Part shown: positions 22,483-32,311 of the stretch, one piece after another
Numbering within the stretch: the stretch's first letter is position 1
Layout of the letters: each line of letters opens with the position of its first letter
DNA from: Candidatus Omnitrophota bacterium
GTDB lineage: Bacteria > Omnitrophota > Gorgyraeia > Zapsychrales > Fredricksoniimonadaceae
Reading direction: 5' to 3'
Length of the DNA stretch: 64,000 bases
Assembly: GCA_037131245.1 (NCBI GenBank)
Contig: JBAXRK010000004.1
Location: forward strand, 30,905 to 94,904
Made by a program: the position numbers and the translations under genes
Notes under the pieces: model-generated
Databases searched by the model: none
The model's input: only the letters and a program-made list of their open reading frames with translations
What the model was told of the DNA's origin: nothing

Positions 22483-24735
22483 ATGAAGCAAGAGCATATC
22501 AACGAGATCAAGGGTATCCTGTTGTTCGCCTTCGCGCTGATCGTTTTCGCGAGTCTGATATCCTATGTCTCCGACGATCTTGTCTGGTTCACCTCGCATC
22601 CCAATCATCCGGCAAAGAACCTGGTCCGCGTGGCGGGCGCTTATGGCGCCGGGTCGCTTTTCGTCGTATTCGGGTATAGCTCCTACATGCTGGTCATGCT
22701 CATGCTTTTTTGGAGCTGGAATATTTTTACGTCACGCCCGATGTATTTTAGCGCGGCACGGAATTTTGCCTTGCTGGTTTTGCTGTCGGTTCTCAGCGCT
22801 TTGTTCAGCCTGATGGGGTCGCCCCTGACTTCCAACCGTTTCCAGCGCGGGGGAATGGTAGGGCTCGTTTTTTCCGATTTTCTTTCCAATAATTTTGGGG
22901 TGGGTGCTTATATCATTTTGTTCGCGTTGGCGGCCCTTTGCCTGGTGATCACCGCGGAATTCCTTGTTTCACCGCTGTTTGTGCGGGGGATGAGGGCCTT
23001 GATCGACTGGTGGCATGCCTGGCGGGAGAACGGCTTTGCTATGTTCAAGCTTTCCGCCGAAAAACCGGCGCGTCAGGGTATCAAAGAACCGAAGGAACAA
23101 AAAGAGCCAAAGACTCAGAAAGAAACCAAAGAAGAGGTGGTCAAGAAAGTCGTCGAGCCGAAGGGTAAAGAGGAAAAGCCCGCTAAGCCCGAGCCGCCAA
23201 AAGCACCCAATATCCGCATTATTCAGCAGAAGGAAGAGCCGCCCAAAGACCGGGAGGATAAGCCCCTTATTGTCGGAAATTATCAGCTGCCGTCATTCGA
23301 TCTTTTGAAAGATCCGGTGAAGCTTTCGGAAGGCAATGTCCAGGAGATTGTTGTTAGCGGCGCCAAAACGCTTGAGTCAACACTGGCGAGTTTCGGTGTG
23401 GTCGTACGGGTGGTCGATATCGAGAGAGGGCCTGTTCTTACCAAATACGAACTGGAACCTGCCCCCGGCGTGCGTGTCCAAAGTATTAACTCTTTGTCCG
23501 ATGATATCGCCCTGGCGATGCAGGTGGCTTCCGTCAGGATCCAGGCGCCTATTCCAGGGAAAAACCGTGTGGGTATTGAAGTTCCCAATGGTTCGTCCGC
23601 GGCTGTTGTTCTTAAAGATGTTCTTATTGAAGGGAATATCCGCAATTCCAAGTCGAAGATCATGATGGCACTGGGGAAAGATACGGCGGGCAAGCCGATC
23701 GTGGCTGACTTGGCGGAAATGCCGCATTTGCTGGTTGCGGGCACCACGGGCGCGGGCAAGTCGGTTTGTTTGAACGTTATCATCATGTCCATCCTTTACA
23801 ATGCCGCCCCGAATGAAGTGAAGTTCATCATGGTCGACCCCAAGATGGTCGAGCTAAACCAATATAACGACATTCCACACATGCTTTGTCCGGCGATCAC
23901 TGACCATAAAAAAGTCGCGGCAGCCCTTGCTTGGGTGGTGGCTGAAATGGAATCGCGCTACAAGACCCTGATGAAACATCAGGTCCGTAATATTAAGGCC
24001 TATCATGCCAAGGGTTTTGAAATGCCCTATATTGTGCTGATCGTTGACGAGTTCGCCGATCTCATGCAAACGCAGGGTAAAGTGATCGAGAATGCGGTCA
24101 CCCGTCTTGCTCAATTGGCGCGCGCGGTGGGTATCCATTTGATCCTGGCGACGCAGCGTCCATCGGTGAACGTGATAACGGGCACGATCAAGGCCAATTT
24201 GCCGGCGCGGGTGTCGTTTAAGACCAATTCCCAGATCGATTCCCGGACGATCCTCGACGAGAAGGGGGCCGAGGACCTGCTGGGTAAAGGTGATATGCTT
24301 TTTGTTAAGCCGGGCGATCCCAAACCGATGCGGGGGCAGTGCAGTTTTATCTCGGACGAAGAGATCCATAAGGTCATGGAGTTCATCCGCAAGCAGCAGA
24401 AGCCGGAGTATGACAATTCTGTGACGGCCAGGCCGGTTTCAGCGGCCGGTGACGGTGAGAGCGGTGAGAAGGACGAGATCTATGAAGAAGCGGTCCGCGT
24501 GATCATGAATACCCGCCAGGCATCTGTATCGGTCCTGCAGCGGCGTTTGAGCCTTGGCTACGGCCGCGCTGGACGCTTGCTGGACGCCATGGAGCGTTCC
24601 GGGATCGTTGGCCCTCACGCCGGGAGCAAGTCGCGCGAGATTTTAGTTGACCCTGATGCCTGGCTGATAGAACATAATGGCGATGCGCAGGCAGCTGCCA
24701 TACAGAAGAATGAAAATACCGAAAGCAAGCCGTAA
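22483..24735 (+). CDS. ftsK: DNA translocase FtsK
   Basis: N-terminal TM helices, Lys/Glu/Pro linker, Walker A VAGTTGAGKS, ATQRPSV, and a gamma-domain winged helix (ASVSVLQRRLSLGYGRAGRLLD). Confidence 0.95.
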   Translation: MKQEHINEIKGILLFAFALIVFASLISYVSDDLVWFTSHPNHPAKNLVRVAGAYGAGSLFVVFGYSSYMLVMLMLFWSWNIFTSRPMYFSAARNFALLVLLSVLSALFSLMGSPLTSNRFQRGGMVGLVFSDFLSNNFGVGAYIILFALAALCLVITAEFLVSPLFVRGMRALIDWWHAWRENGFAMFKLSAEKPARQGIKEPKEQKEPKTQKETKEEVVKKVVEPKGKEEKPAKPEPPKAPNIRIIQQKEEPPKDREDKPLIVGNYQLPSFDLLKDPVKLSEGNVQEIVVSGAKTLESTLASFGVVVRVVDIERGPVLTKYELEPAPGVRVQSINSLSDDIALAMQVASVRIQAPIPGKNRVGIEVPNGSSAAVVLKDVLIEGNIRNSKSKIMMALGKDTAGKPIVADLAEMPHLLVAGTTGAGKSVCLNVIIMSILYNAAPNEVKFIMVDPKMVELNQYNDIPHMLCPAITDHKKVAAALAWVVAEMESRYKTLMKHQVRNIKAYHAKGFEMPYIVLIVDEFADLMQTQGKVIENAVTRLAQLARAVGIHLILATQRPSVNVITGTIKANLPARVSFKTNSQIDSRTILDEKGAEDLLGKGDMLFVKPGDPKPMRGQCSFISDEEIHKVMEFIRKQQKPEYDNSVTARPVSAAGDGESGEKDEIYEEAVRVIMNTRQASVSVLQRRLSLGYGRAGRLLDAMERSGIVGPHAGSKSREILVDPDAWLIEHNGDAQAAAIQKNENTESKP

Positions 24736-25637
24736 TGGACAAGACCAATGATGTCGGTAGCATCCTCAAGACGGAGCGTGAGCAACGCGGGCTGACGCTT
24801 GAAGTTATTCAAGAGGCGACCAAGATACCGATCGATTCACTTAAGGCCATTGAAGAGGGTTACAAGATCCGTACCCTCACGGCGTTCTATTATAAAAGTT
24901 TTGTCCGTCTTTACGCTCAGCATCTTGGCTTGGATTCGCTCCCGATCCTGGCGATGATCCCGTCGTATCAGCCTGTGAGCAAGATCGTTGCCGCCGATAA
25001 ACCGGGCGCTTTGCCCAAGCCCGATCTTCGTCAGCTGAATATCATCGCTGGCCCGGCAAGCTCTGTTAACTGGAAAAAGGCTGTGCCTGTGGCGGCGATC
25101 GGGTTGGTCGTGGTTCTGGTCGCGGGGGGGCTGTTCCTGGCAGTAAAAGGTATTGCCGGGAAGATCGCGGCTTCTCATCAATCCGGGCAGGGAAGATCAG
25201 TAACAGCCGTTAAGCTGGAAAAGGCTGAGAAAGTCAAGAAGAGTGAAAAGTCCGGTAAGGCCGAGAAGTCCTTGAAGGCTGAGAAATCGATCAAGACGGT
25301 TGCCACAGAGGCTCCCGTGGCTGTTACTTCCACTACAGAGCAGGATATGCCCGCGGCTATGCCGTCTAAGGACGCGATGAAGGTTTATCTCACGGTGCGG
25401 GCCGCGACGACGACCTGGCTGACGGTCAGGAGTGACGGAAAAGTTGTTTTTAAGGGCAGCTTGAAAAAGGGTAGCAATGAGAGCTGGTCCGCCCGTAAAA
25501 AGATCGAGATTACCGGCAAGGAAGTCAATATGCTGGAATATGAGGTTAACGGAAAGAATATCGGCAGGCTTAGCCGCCGTGATTCAAATGCCCGCAAGGT
25601 TGTGGTAACCCCCGATGGTTTATCGGTAGAGAAGTGA
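24735..25637 (+). CDS. rodZ: RodZ-like cytoskeleton protein (HTH + TM + C-terminal DUF4115-like domain)
   Basis: HTH (LKTEREQRGLTLEVIQEATKIPIDSLKAIEEG), TM (VPVAAIGLVVVLVAGGLFLAV), KAEKS repeats, and a C-terminal beta domain (WLTVRSDGKVVFKGSLKKG). Confidence 0.75.
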   Translation: MDKTNDVGSILKTEREQRGLTLEVIQEATKIPIDSLKAIEEGYKIRTLTAFYYKSFVRLYAQHLGLDSLPILAMIPSYQPVSKIVAADKPGALPKPDLRQLNIIAGPASSVNWKKAVPVAAIGLVVVLVAGGLFLAVKGIAGKIAASHQSGQGRSVTAVKLEKAEKVKKSEKSGKAEKSLKAEKSIKTVATEAPVAVTSTTEQDMPAAMPSKDAMKVYLTVRAATTTWLTVRSDGKVVFKGSLKKGSNESWSARKKIEITGKEVNMLEYEVNGKNIGRLSRRDSNARKVVVTPDGLSVEK

Positions 25638-26917
25638 AAAAAACTTCCAGCACGACATTCCAGCAACAACGTATCAAGGCGGGTCTGCGCGTTGGCATGA
25701 TCAGCCTCGGATGCGTGCGTAACACGGTTGATTCCGAAGCTATTTTATCCGGGGCATTGCGGCACGGGCATCGCTATGCCGAGGTTGAAGACGCCGATAT
25801 CGTGATCGTTAACACCTGTGGTTTTATCGAGGCGGCCAAGAAAGAGTCCATTGAGGTCATCAATAGCCTGGTGGCCCTTAAGAAGCAGGGAAAGTTGCAA
25901 AAGATCGTTGTGGCCGGCTGTTTGGCGCAGCGTTACGCTGATGAATTGCGCCAGGGGTTCCCGGAGGTGGATGCTTTCGTCGGTGTTTTGTCCCTGAAAA
26001 AAGAAGACCGTCAGGCAGCTCTTTCGCTCACGCCTTCATATTTCTCCTATCTTAAGATCTGTGAAAGTTGTTTCAATCATTGCAGTTTTTGCGCTATTCC
26101 GCATATTAAAGGCAAGTTCGTGTCTCGTTCCATGGCGTCGATCTTGGAAGATGTCCGCCGGATGGACCGTCGGGGTGTTAAAGAAATTAATATTGTCGGG
26201 CAGGATATTACGGCGTATGGCATGGACCTTTACCGTGAAAAAAGATTGGCGAAGCTGTTAAGTGAGGTTGCGCGAGAGGTTAGAAATATTGAATGGATCC
26301 GCTTGCTATACACTTATCCGGCTCATATTACTGACGAATTGTTGGATGTGATCGCAGCCACTCCGGCGATCTGTAAATATATCGATATGCCTTTACAGCA
26401 CATTAACGACAAAGTCCTGAAGTTAATGGGGCGGAAAATGACTCGTTTGGAGATCGAGACTCTTATTAAAAAGATCCGCCGCAAGATCCCCGGGGTGTCC
26501 CTGAGAACGACATATATCGTTGGTTTCCCTGGCGAGACTGATCAAGATTTCAATGAGTTGCTGGTGTTCATGAAGGAATTCCCTTTTGAACGGGCCGGGG
26601 CTTTTACATACTCGCGCGAAGAGGGGACAACGGCCTTTGCTTTGGGAGACCGTGTGGCGGAAAAGACCAAGCAGGCCCGGTTGGCCCGTTTGATGGCTGT
26701 TCAAGAGGAGATCGCGGGCGGTCTGCAGGATAAGTTTGTGGGGCGGACGCTTAAGGTCCTTGTTGACGGAGAAAGGACCGGGCGCAGCGAATATGATGCT
26801 CCGGATGTGGATGGCTGCGTCCATTTCAGTTCGAATGCCAGGATCAAGCCGGGAGAATTTGTTCAAGTAAAAATATCCGCGGCCCATGGCTATGACCTTG
26901 AAGGATCGGTGGTATAA
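25634..26917 (+). CDS. rimO: ribosomal protein S12 methylthiotransferase RimO
   Basis: SLGCVRNTVDSE, the radical SAM motif CESCFNHCSFCAIP, and a C-terminal TRAM domain. Confidence 0.9.
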   Translation: MKKTSSTTFQQQRIKAGLRVGMISLGCVRNTVDSEAILSGALRHGHRYAEVEDADIVIVNTCGFIEAAKKESIEVINSLVALKKQGKLQKIVVAGCLAQRYADELRQGFPEVDAFVGVLSLKKEDRQAALSLTPSYFSYLKICESCFNHCSFCAIPHIKGKFVSRSMASILEDVRRMDRRGVKEINIVGQDITAYGMDLYREKRLAKLLSEVAREVRNIEWIRLLYTYPAHITDELLDVIAATPAICKYIDMPLQHINDKVLKLMGRKMTRLEIETLIKKIRRKIPGVSLRTTYIVGFPGETDQDFNELLVFMKEFPFERAGAFTYSREEGTTAFALGDRVAEKTKQARLARLMAVQEEIAGGLQDKFVGRTLKVLVDGERTGRSEYDAPDVDGCVHFSSNARIKPGEFVQVKISAAHGYDLEGSVV

Positions 26918-26924
26918 TAAGGCC

Positions 26925-27491
26925 ATGAATGTCCCTAATATTTTGACGGTTTCGCGGATCTTTCTGACTCTCATTTTCGCGATGGTTACTCAGGCGTCTG
27001 GGGTCGCGGCGGCTTGGGCGGCGTTGGCTCTTTTTATGGCGGCGGCGTTGACTGATTTAGCCGATGGTTATATCGCCCGGAAATATAACCTGGTGACCGT
27101 GTTTGGACAGATCATGGATCCCATTGCTGATAAGTTGCTGATCCTGACCGCGTTTTTCATCTTTTCCTTCGAAGGCATGATGGCGGTGTGGATGGTGGTT
27201 GTGGTGGCTTGCCGGGAGATTCTAGTTACTGTTGTTCGGATTTACGCATTGACGACTGGAAGAGTTCTCCCGGCCGAGTCTGCCGGCAAGTGGAAGTCGG
27301 CGTTACAGATGACAGCAGCCTCACTGGCACTGACGTTTCGTTTGGGCGTAGCTGGCGGGCCTTTCGCGGCTTATGCCAGGGAGTATCATGATACTTGCCA
27401 GACCGCGGTCAGTCTTGTCATGTTTGCGGCGATCGCCTTGACTTTGGCGTCAGGGCTGGTGTTTTTTAAGAATGTGTTCAAAAGAGATTGA
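26925..27491 (+). CDS. pgsA: CDP-diacylglycerol--glycerol-3-phosphate 3-phosphatidyltransferase
   Basis: NILTVSRI...TDLADGYIARKYNLVTVFGQIMDPIADK. I prefer ATG 26925 to the track start 26886. Confidence 0.9.
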   Translation: MNVPNILTVSRIFLTLIFAMVTQASGVAAAWAALALFMAAALTDLADGYIARKYNLVTVFGQIMDPIADKLLILTAFFIFSFEGMMAVWMVVVVACREILVTVVRIYALTTGRVLPAESAGKWKSALQMTAASLALTFRLGVAGGPFAAYAREYHDTCQTAVSLVMFAAIALTLASGLVFFKNVFKRD

Positions 27492-27492
27492 T

Positions 27493-27948
27493 ATGGGACA
27501 AAAACTGGCACGTTTTCTGGCGACATTCGGATATATCGGTCATTTCCCGGCGGCGCCGGGGACCATGGCCAGCGCCGCGGGGGTTGGTCTGGCGTTTCTG
27601 CTGCGTGATCATGTGTTTTGGTATGTGGCCGTTTTTGCCGTGGTCACGGTGCTTGGTTTTTTGACGGCAGGGATCGTTGAAAAGATGGAAGGGAAGAAGG
27701 ATCCCGGTTGCGTGGTGATCGATGAAGTTTCCGGGATGATGATCTCCCTATTCGGGATCCCGCTTTCCTGGCCGGTCATGCTGGTGGGATTTTTCTTGTT
27801 TCGGGCCTTCGATATGTTTAAAATATATCCGGCTAACAAGCTGGAGGATATGGGTGGCGGCACCGGGATCATGTGCGATGATATTGCCGCGGGCATTTAC
27901 GCGAATATAACCCTGCAGGTCGCTTTGCGGCTCGCGGGCTGGATGTAG
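27493..27948 (+). CDS. pgpA: phosphatidylglycerophosphatase A
   Basis: FGYIGHFPAAPGTMASAAGV, KDPGCVVIDEVSGM, FRAFDMFKIYPA. Confidence 0.9.
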   Translation: MGQKLARFLATFGYIGHFPAAPGTMASAAGVGLAFLLRDHVFWYVAVFAVVTVLGFLTAGIVEKMEGKKDPGCVVIDEVSGMMISLFGIPLSWPVMLVGFFLFRAFDMFKIYPANKLEDMGGGTGIMCDDIAAGIYANITLQVALRLAGWM

Positions 27949-27958
27949 GTATTAAGGT

Positions 27959-28019
27959 AACTCCCTTCCGCCCGTCAGCCAGACAGGCTGCCGTGGCGTT
28001 CGGGAGTTAAAAATTTTCC
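27959..28019 (+). terminator. putative terminator / long imperfect hairpin after pgpA
   Basis: AACTCCC...GGGAGTT outer stem with inner CGCC/GGCG and CAGCC/GGCTG pairs, followed by AAAAATTTT. Confidence 0.4.
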
Positions 28020-28045
28020 GGAGAAAAACTTTTAAGGAGTGATCT

Positions 28046-28840
28046 ATGTTCCGTTCATCAAACCCAACATTAAAAGAAGGGCTTTTTTCGGAGTCGAGTA
28101 TCCTTGCCGATGGGCAGGTCATGACCATTCAGGGCACGGTCAATAAATCGCTGATCATGCTGTTTTTGCTTATTGCCGCTGCCGCCTGGGTATGGATGGG
28201 GGTTACACCGTATTTGAATCAGGCCGCCATGACGGCGGGCAGTATTCGGGCTATTGCGGCGCAGGGCACTTCGGTTGCTCTTCCGTTTGCGATCGGCGGG
28301 TTCTTTGTGGCGTTCATTCTTGGTTTGGTGATCTCTTTTAAGCCGAATTTTTCGCCGTATCTCGCGCCAGTTTATGCTGTCGGAGAAGGGTTGGCTCTTG
28401 GTGGAATATCCGCGCTTATTGAATTTCGATTCCCCGGTATTGTTATGCAGGCGGTCCTACTGACATTCGCGACATTGTTCAGTTTGCTGATGGCTTACAA
28501 GGTTGGCTTGATTCGCGTGACTGACAAATTCCGCACGGGTATTATGGTGGCGACGATGGCGATCGCCCTGATCTATCTGGTCAATATGGTGATGGGCTTT
28601 TTTCATGCCTCGATCCCCTTTATAGGGGGTAATGGATTTTTCGGTATTGCGTTTAGCATGTTCGTGGTTGGCATTGCCGCGTTGAACCTGGTGCTGGATT
28701 TTGATCTTGTTGAGCGCGGAGCCGAGTCCGGAGCGCCGAAGTACATGGAGTGGTACGGTGGCTTTGCTTTGATGGTCACATTGGTGTGGCTTTACATCGA
28801 GATCCTGAACCTGTTGATGAAGCTTAGAAGCCGCGATTAA
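28046..28840 (+). CDS. Bax-inhibitor-1/YccA-like 7-TM membrane protein
   Basis: MFRSSNPTL N-terminus followed by about 7 hydrophobic helices. Family assigned from recollection of COG4760-like proteins. Confidence 0.65.
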   Translation: MFRSSNPTLKEGLFSESSILADGQVMTIQGTVNKSLIMLFLLIAAAAWVWMGVTPYLNQAAMTAGSIRAIAAQGTSVALPFAIGGFFVAFILGLVISFKPNFSPYLAPVYAVGEGLALGGISALIEFRFPGIVMQAVLLTFATLFSLLMAYKVGLIRVTDKFRTGIMVATMAIALIYLVNMVMGFFHASIPFIGGNGFFGIAFSMFVVGIAALNLVLDFDLVERGAESGAPKYMEWYGGFALMVTLVWLYIEILNLLMKLRSRD

Positions 28841-29297
28841 TGGAACGGGCCAGGAGGCCCAGGGCGGTTTGACAGGCTTGAGATTTGATCGAAGAGCGGC
28901 TGCCGGTAAAAAAACATTTTTTGACGATGGTTCTTGTTGATGAGGCCAGCGCGATGAAAACCAGCCCGACAGGTTTTTCTGGTGTTCCACCGGTGGGACC
29001 GGCAATGCCGGTCGTGGCGATGGCAATAGCCACCTTGAACCGTTGACGTGTCCCTTCAGCCATGGCCTGGGCCACGGGTTTTGACACGGCGCCGTGATCC
29101 TTGATAAGGTTTCTGGGAACACCCAGGAAACGGGTTTTGGCCGCATTAGCATAGGCCACGACACCGCCTTCAAAAAAAGAGGACGAACCGGGGATGTCGG
29201 TTAGGGTGTGGGCGATAAGCCCGCCGGTGCATGATTCAGCGGTGGCGATCTTTAAGCCTTTGGCAGTCAATATTTTGGCGATCTCTTTCGTCTTCAT
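28824..29297 (-). CDS. pncC: CinA C-terminal domain protein (nicotinamide-nucleotide amidase PncC-like)
   Basis: LKIATAESCTGGLIAHTLTDIPGSSSFFEGGVVAYANAAK...TTGIAGPTGGTPEKPVGLVFIAL. Confidence 0.85.
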   Translation of the reverse strand: MKTKEIAKILTAKGLKIATAESCTGGLIAHTLTDIPGSSSFFEGGVVAYANAAKTRFLGVPRNLIKDHGAVSKPVAQAMAEGTRQRFKVAIAIATTGIAGPTGGTPEKPVGLVFIALASSTRTIVKKCFFTGSRSSIKSQACQTALGLLARSINRGF

Positions 29298-29327
29298 ACC
29301 GGTCTAATATACCCCAGGACAAATACC

Positions 29328-29356
29328 TTGACAAGGGCGCATATTTCGGAATAATT
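29328..29356 (+). promoter_or_regulatory. candidate sigma70 promoter for the rib operon (TTGACA-17-ATAATT)
   Basis: TTGACA at 29328-29333, ATAATT at 29351-29356. Only about 30 nt of leader precede the ATG at 29391. Confidence 0.55.
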
Positions 29357-29390
29357 AAGCGACAATTTAACCGTAAAAAAGGACGATAAC

Positions 29391-30590
29391 ATGTTCCATC
29401 CTATTCCTGAGATCATCGAAGAACTTAAAGCCGGACGCATGGTCATCGTTATGGACGATGAGAGCCGTGAGAATGAGGGAGACCTCTTAATGGCCGCTGA
29501 GCATGTGACGCCGGATGCTATCAATTTCATGGCAAAGTATGCCCGCGGGCTGGTTTGCGTGCCGATGGAAGCCGCCAGGCTTGACCTGCTTGGACTTTTT
29601 CCGATGAAGGATGCCACCAGTGACCTGCATCAACCCTGTAATACCGGTTGGGCGATCTCGGTTGACGCGGCCCACGGCATTACCACGGGTATTTCCGCGG
29701 CTGATCGTGCCTATACGGTCAAGATCCTTATCGATAAGAAAGCGACGACCAAGGACCTTGTTACGCCTGGTCATTTGTTCCCGCTTCGTGCGAAAAAAGG
29801 CGGGGTGCTGGTACGTGCCGGGCATACGGAAGGATCGGTCGACCTTACCCGGATGGCGGGGTTGTATCCGGCCGGTGTGATCTGTGAGATCATGAATGAT
29901 GACGGCACGATGGCGCGCACGGCGGATCTGATCGAATTCTCAAAGAAGCATCAGCTCAAGATCTGTACGATCGACAGTCTCATTGAATATCGCCGGAAGA
30001 ATGAGAAATTTATTCAGCGCGAAGCTGAGGTATCCCTGCCGACCAAGTTTGGCGAGTTCCACATGGTCGTTTACACCTCGAAGATCGACGATTTCGAGCA
30101 TGTGGCCCTGGTCAAAGGCAAGATCGATCAGACGACACCTGTTCTGGTTCGGGTCCAGTCGGAGTGCCTGACGGGCGACGTGTTCGGAAGTTTGCGTTGT
30201 GATTGTAATGGCCAGCTTGATGAGGCCATGGAGCGTATAGCTAAAGAAAAATCCGGGATCTTGCTTTATATGCGCCAGGAAGGCCGCGGGATCGGTTTAC
30301 TCAATAAGCTTAAGGCTTACGCGCTGCAGGATAAGGGGATGGATACGGTTGAAGCCAATGAGGCGCTTGGTTTTGCCGCGGACCTGCGTGATTACGGCAT
30401 TGGGGCCCAGATCCTCGTTGACCTCGGTGTTACCCAGATCCGTTTGCTTACTAATAATCCCCGTAAGATCGTTGGTCTTGAAGGTTACGGGCTGACCGTC
30501 GTGGAACGGGTGCCACTGCAGGTCGCGCACACAGAGCGCAATAAAAAATATCTGGATGCGAAGAAATCAAAACTCGGGCATTGGTTGTGA
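29391..30590 (+). CDS. ribBA: bifunctional 3,4-dihydroxy-2-butanone-4-phosphate synthase / GTP cyclohydrolase II
   Basis: [22 protein letters not shown], the Zn site [18 protein letters not shown], and [12 protein letters not shown]. Confidence 0.95.
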   Translation: MFHPIPEIIEELKAGRMVIVMDDESRENEGDLLMAAEHVTPDAINFMAKYARGLVCVPMEAARLDLLGLFPMKDATSDLHQPCNTGWAISVDAAHGITTGISAADRAYTVKILIDKKATTKDLVTPGHLFPLRAKKGGVLVRAGHTEGSVDLTRMAGLYPAGVICEIMNDDGTMARTADLIEFSKKHQLKICTIDSLIEYRRKNEKFIQREAEVSLPTKFGEFHMVVYTSKIDDFEHVALVKGKIDQTTPVLVRVQSECLTGDVFGSLRCDCNGQLDEAMERIAKEKSGILLYMRQEGRGIGLLNKLKAYALQDKGMDTVEANEALGFAADLRDYGIGAQILVDLGVTQIRLLTNNPRKIVGLEGYGLTVVERVPLQVAHTERNKKYLDAKKSKLGHWL

Positions 30591-31054
30591 GATCGGCTCT
30601 AAATAAGAAGAAATCCTTCTCCAAGCCTCGCTTCGCGGTGATCGTATCGCGCTTCAACGAGACTATTACCGGGAATCTGCTGAGGGCTTGTCAGGATGAG
30701 TTTTCCCGTCTTGGCGTTTGTGATTGTGACCTTCAGGTGGTCCATGTTCCCGGTGCTTTTGAGATCCCTTTAACAGCTTTAAAACTGGCCCAAAAGAAAA
30801 ACATTCAAGCGGTGATCTGCCTGGGTGCCGTGATCCGCGGACAGACGTTTCATTATGAGCTGGTAGCCGGACAGGCCGCCAGGGCGCTGATGGATGTTTC
30901 TTTATCGTCGGGAAAGCCCGTGATCTTTGAGATCTTGGCAGCAGATACGATCAAGCTATGCGAGGCACGGGCAAAACCCGGTGATCGCGATAATAAGGGC
31001 GCTTCCGCGGCGCGGGTGGCTTTTGAGATGGTCGGGACATTAAAGGAGCTTTGA
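30581..31054 (+). CDS. ribH: 6,7-dimethyl-8-ribityllumazine synthase
   Basis: [36 protein letters not shown]. Confidence 0.95.
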   Translation: MVVRSALNKKKSFSKPRFAVIVSRFNETITGNLLRACQDEFSRLGVCDCDLQVVHVPGAFEIPLTALKLAQKKNIQAVICLGAVIRGQTFHYELVAGQAARALMDVSLSSGKPVIFEILAADTIKLCEARAKPGDRDNKGASAARVAFEMVGTLKEL

Positions 31055-31057
31055 ACC

Positions 31058-31480
31058 ATGCGCAAAAGAAGCGTTGCCCGTGAATGTGCCCTGAAAGTCT
31101 TGTATCAGGTGGAGCTCATCAAGATCGCTCCAGCGCGAGCTTTGCCGTCGTTCTGGGAGCAGGAGGAAGAGCATCCGGCTGATGTACGCGCCTTCGCGGA
31201 GGACATTGTGAATAATGTCCGCACGCGCGTGGAAGACCTTGACCGAAAGATATCCGAATACGCCACCAATTGGCAGATCTCGCGCATGGCGGTCATCGAC
31301 CGTAATGTCCTGCGTATCGGCGTGTATGAATTGCTGTACGCGCCGGGGATCCCTCCGAAGGTCGCGATCAACGAAGCTGTTGAGCTGGCCAAGAAATACG
31401 GTGATACCGAGTCGAGCAAGTTCGTTAATGGCATCCTAGATAAGATCCACAAACAGGAAGTGGCTTCTCCCAAGCCCTGA
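31058..31480 (+). CDS. nusB: transcription antitermination factor NusB
   Basis: [12 protein letters not shown]...[16 protein letters not shown]...[17 protein letters not shown]...FVNGILD. Confidence 0.92.
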   Translation: MRKRSVARECALKVLYQVELIKIAPARALPSFWEQEEEHPADVRAFAEDIVNNVRTRVEDLDRKISEYATNWQISRMAVIDRNVLRIGVYELLYAPGIPPKVAINEAVELAKKYGDTESSKFVNGILDKIHKQEVASPKP

Positions 31481-31483
31481 TCA

Positions 31484-32311
31484 ATGTCCGACTGCCGCGC
31501 TGATCTTCATATCCACACCTATTACTCAGATAGTTCCATGTCTCCGCAGCAGGTTGTCCGTGAGGCGAAGAAAGCCCTTCTGGCGTGTATTTCAATCACG
31601 GATCATGATACGGTCGATGGCATTCCAGAAGCCCTGATCGAGGCGCGCAAGCTTGACCTGGAGGTGATCCCCGGGGTTGAGTTGTCTTCGGAGCATGGGC
31701 GTAAGGATATTCATGTCCTGGGTTACGGATTTGAGTTGAAGAAAAGCCCCCTGGCCTTAAAATTGAAGGAAATGCAGCAGGCTCGGGTGGAGCGGATGAA
31801 GAAGATGGTGGCCAAGATCAATTCGCTCGGCTTTCCCGAGGTCCGGTTTGAGGATGTGGCCAGCCGTACGAAATCGAACGCGGTGGGGCGCCTTCATTTG
31901 GCTCAATTGCTGGTGGAAAAAAGGGTGGTGACCAGCCTTGAGATGGCTTTTGAGAAATATCTGGGTGAAGGCGAGCAGGCCTATTTTTCAAAGTTTAAGC
32001 AAACGCCGGTCGAGGCGATCAAACTGATCAAGGATTCAGGCGGTGCGGCGGTCCTGGCGCATCCGATGCTGACCGCGCGCGATGAGATCATTCCCGAATT
32101 GGCGCGGGCTGGGCTGGACGGTTTAGAAGTTTATTATCCCAATTGTTCCATGGAGGTTTCTAATTTTTATGTCCGGCTCGCCACGAAGCACGGGCTGATT
32201 ATTACCGGCGGGTCGGATGCTCATGGCGCGGGGAAAAAGAATACCTATATTGGAAAAGGGTATTTGCCGTATGAACATGTGGAAGCGTTGAAAAAAAGGA
32301 TCCATGCCTGA
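31484..32311 (+). CDS. PHP-domain phosphoesterase (TrpH/YciV-like)
   Basis: ADLHIHTYYSD, ISITDHDTVDG, LAHP, GGSDAHG. Confidence 0.85.
   Translation: MSDCRADLHIHTYYSDSSMSPQQVVREAKKALLACISITDHDTVDGIPEALIEARKLDLEVIPGVELSSEHGRKDIHVLGYGFELKKSPLALKLKEMQQARVERMKKMVAKINSLGFPEVRFEDVASRTKSNAVGRLHLAQLLVEKRVVTSLEMAFEKYLGEGEQAYFSKFKQTPVEAIKLIKDSGGAAVLAHPMLTARDEIIPELARAGLDGLEVYYPNCSMEVSNFYVRLATKHGLIITGGSDAHGAGKKNTYIGKGYLPYEHVEALKKRIHA

Noticed and set aside
25195-25290. KAEKS-type tandem repeats in the rodZ-like gene
   Set aside because: This is a low-complexity charged linker between the TM helix and the C-terminal domain, which is common in RodZ-like proteins.
28457-29173. 238-aa minus-strand ORF spanning the Bax-inhibitor-like gene and the cinA-like gene
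   Set aside because: It overlaps two well-supported genes. The cinA-type frame (28824..29297) carries the recognisable motifs.
29298-29390. FMN riboswitch upstream of ribBA
   Set aside because: The whole intergenic region is 93 nt and holds a divergent promoter. That is too short for the FMN aptamer plus expression platform.
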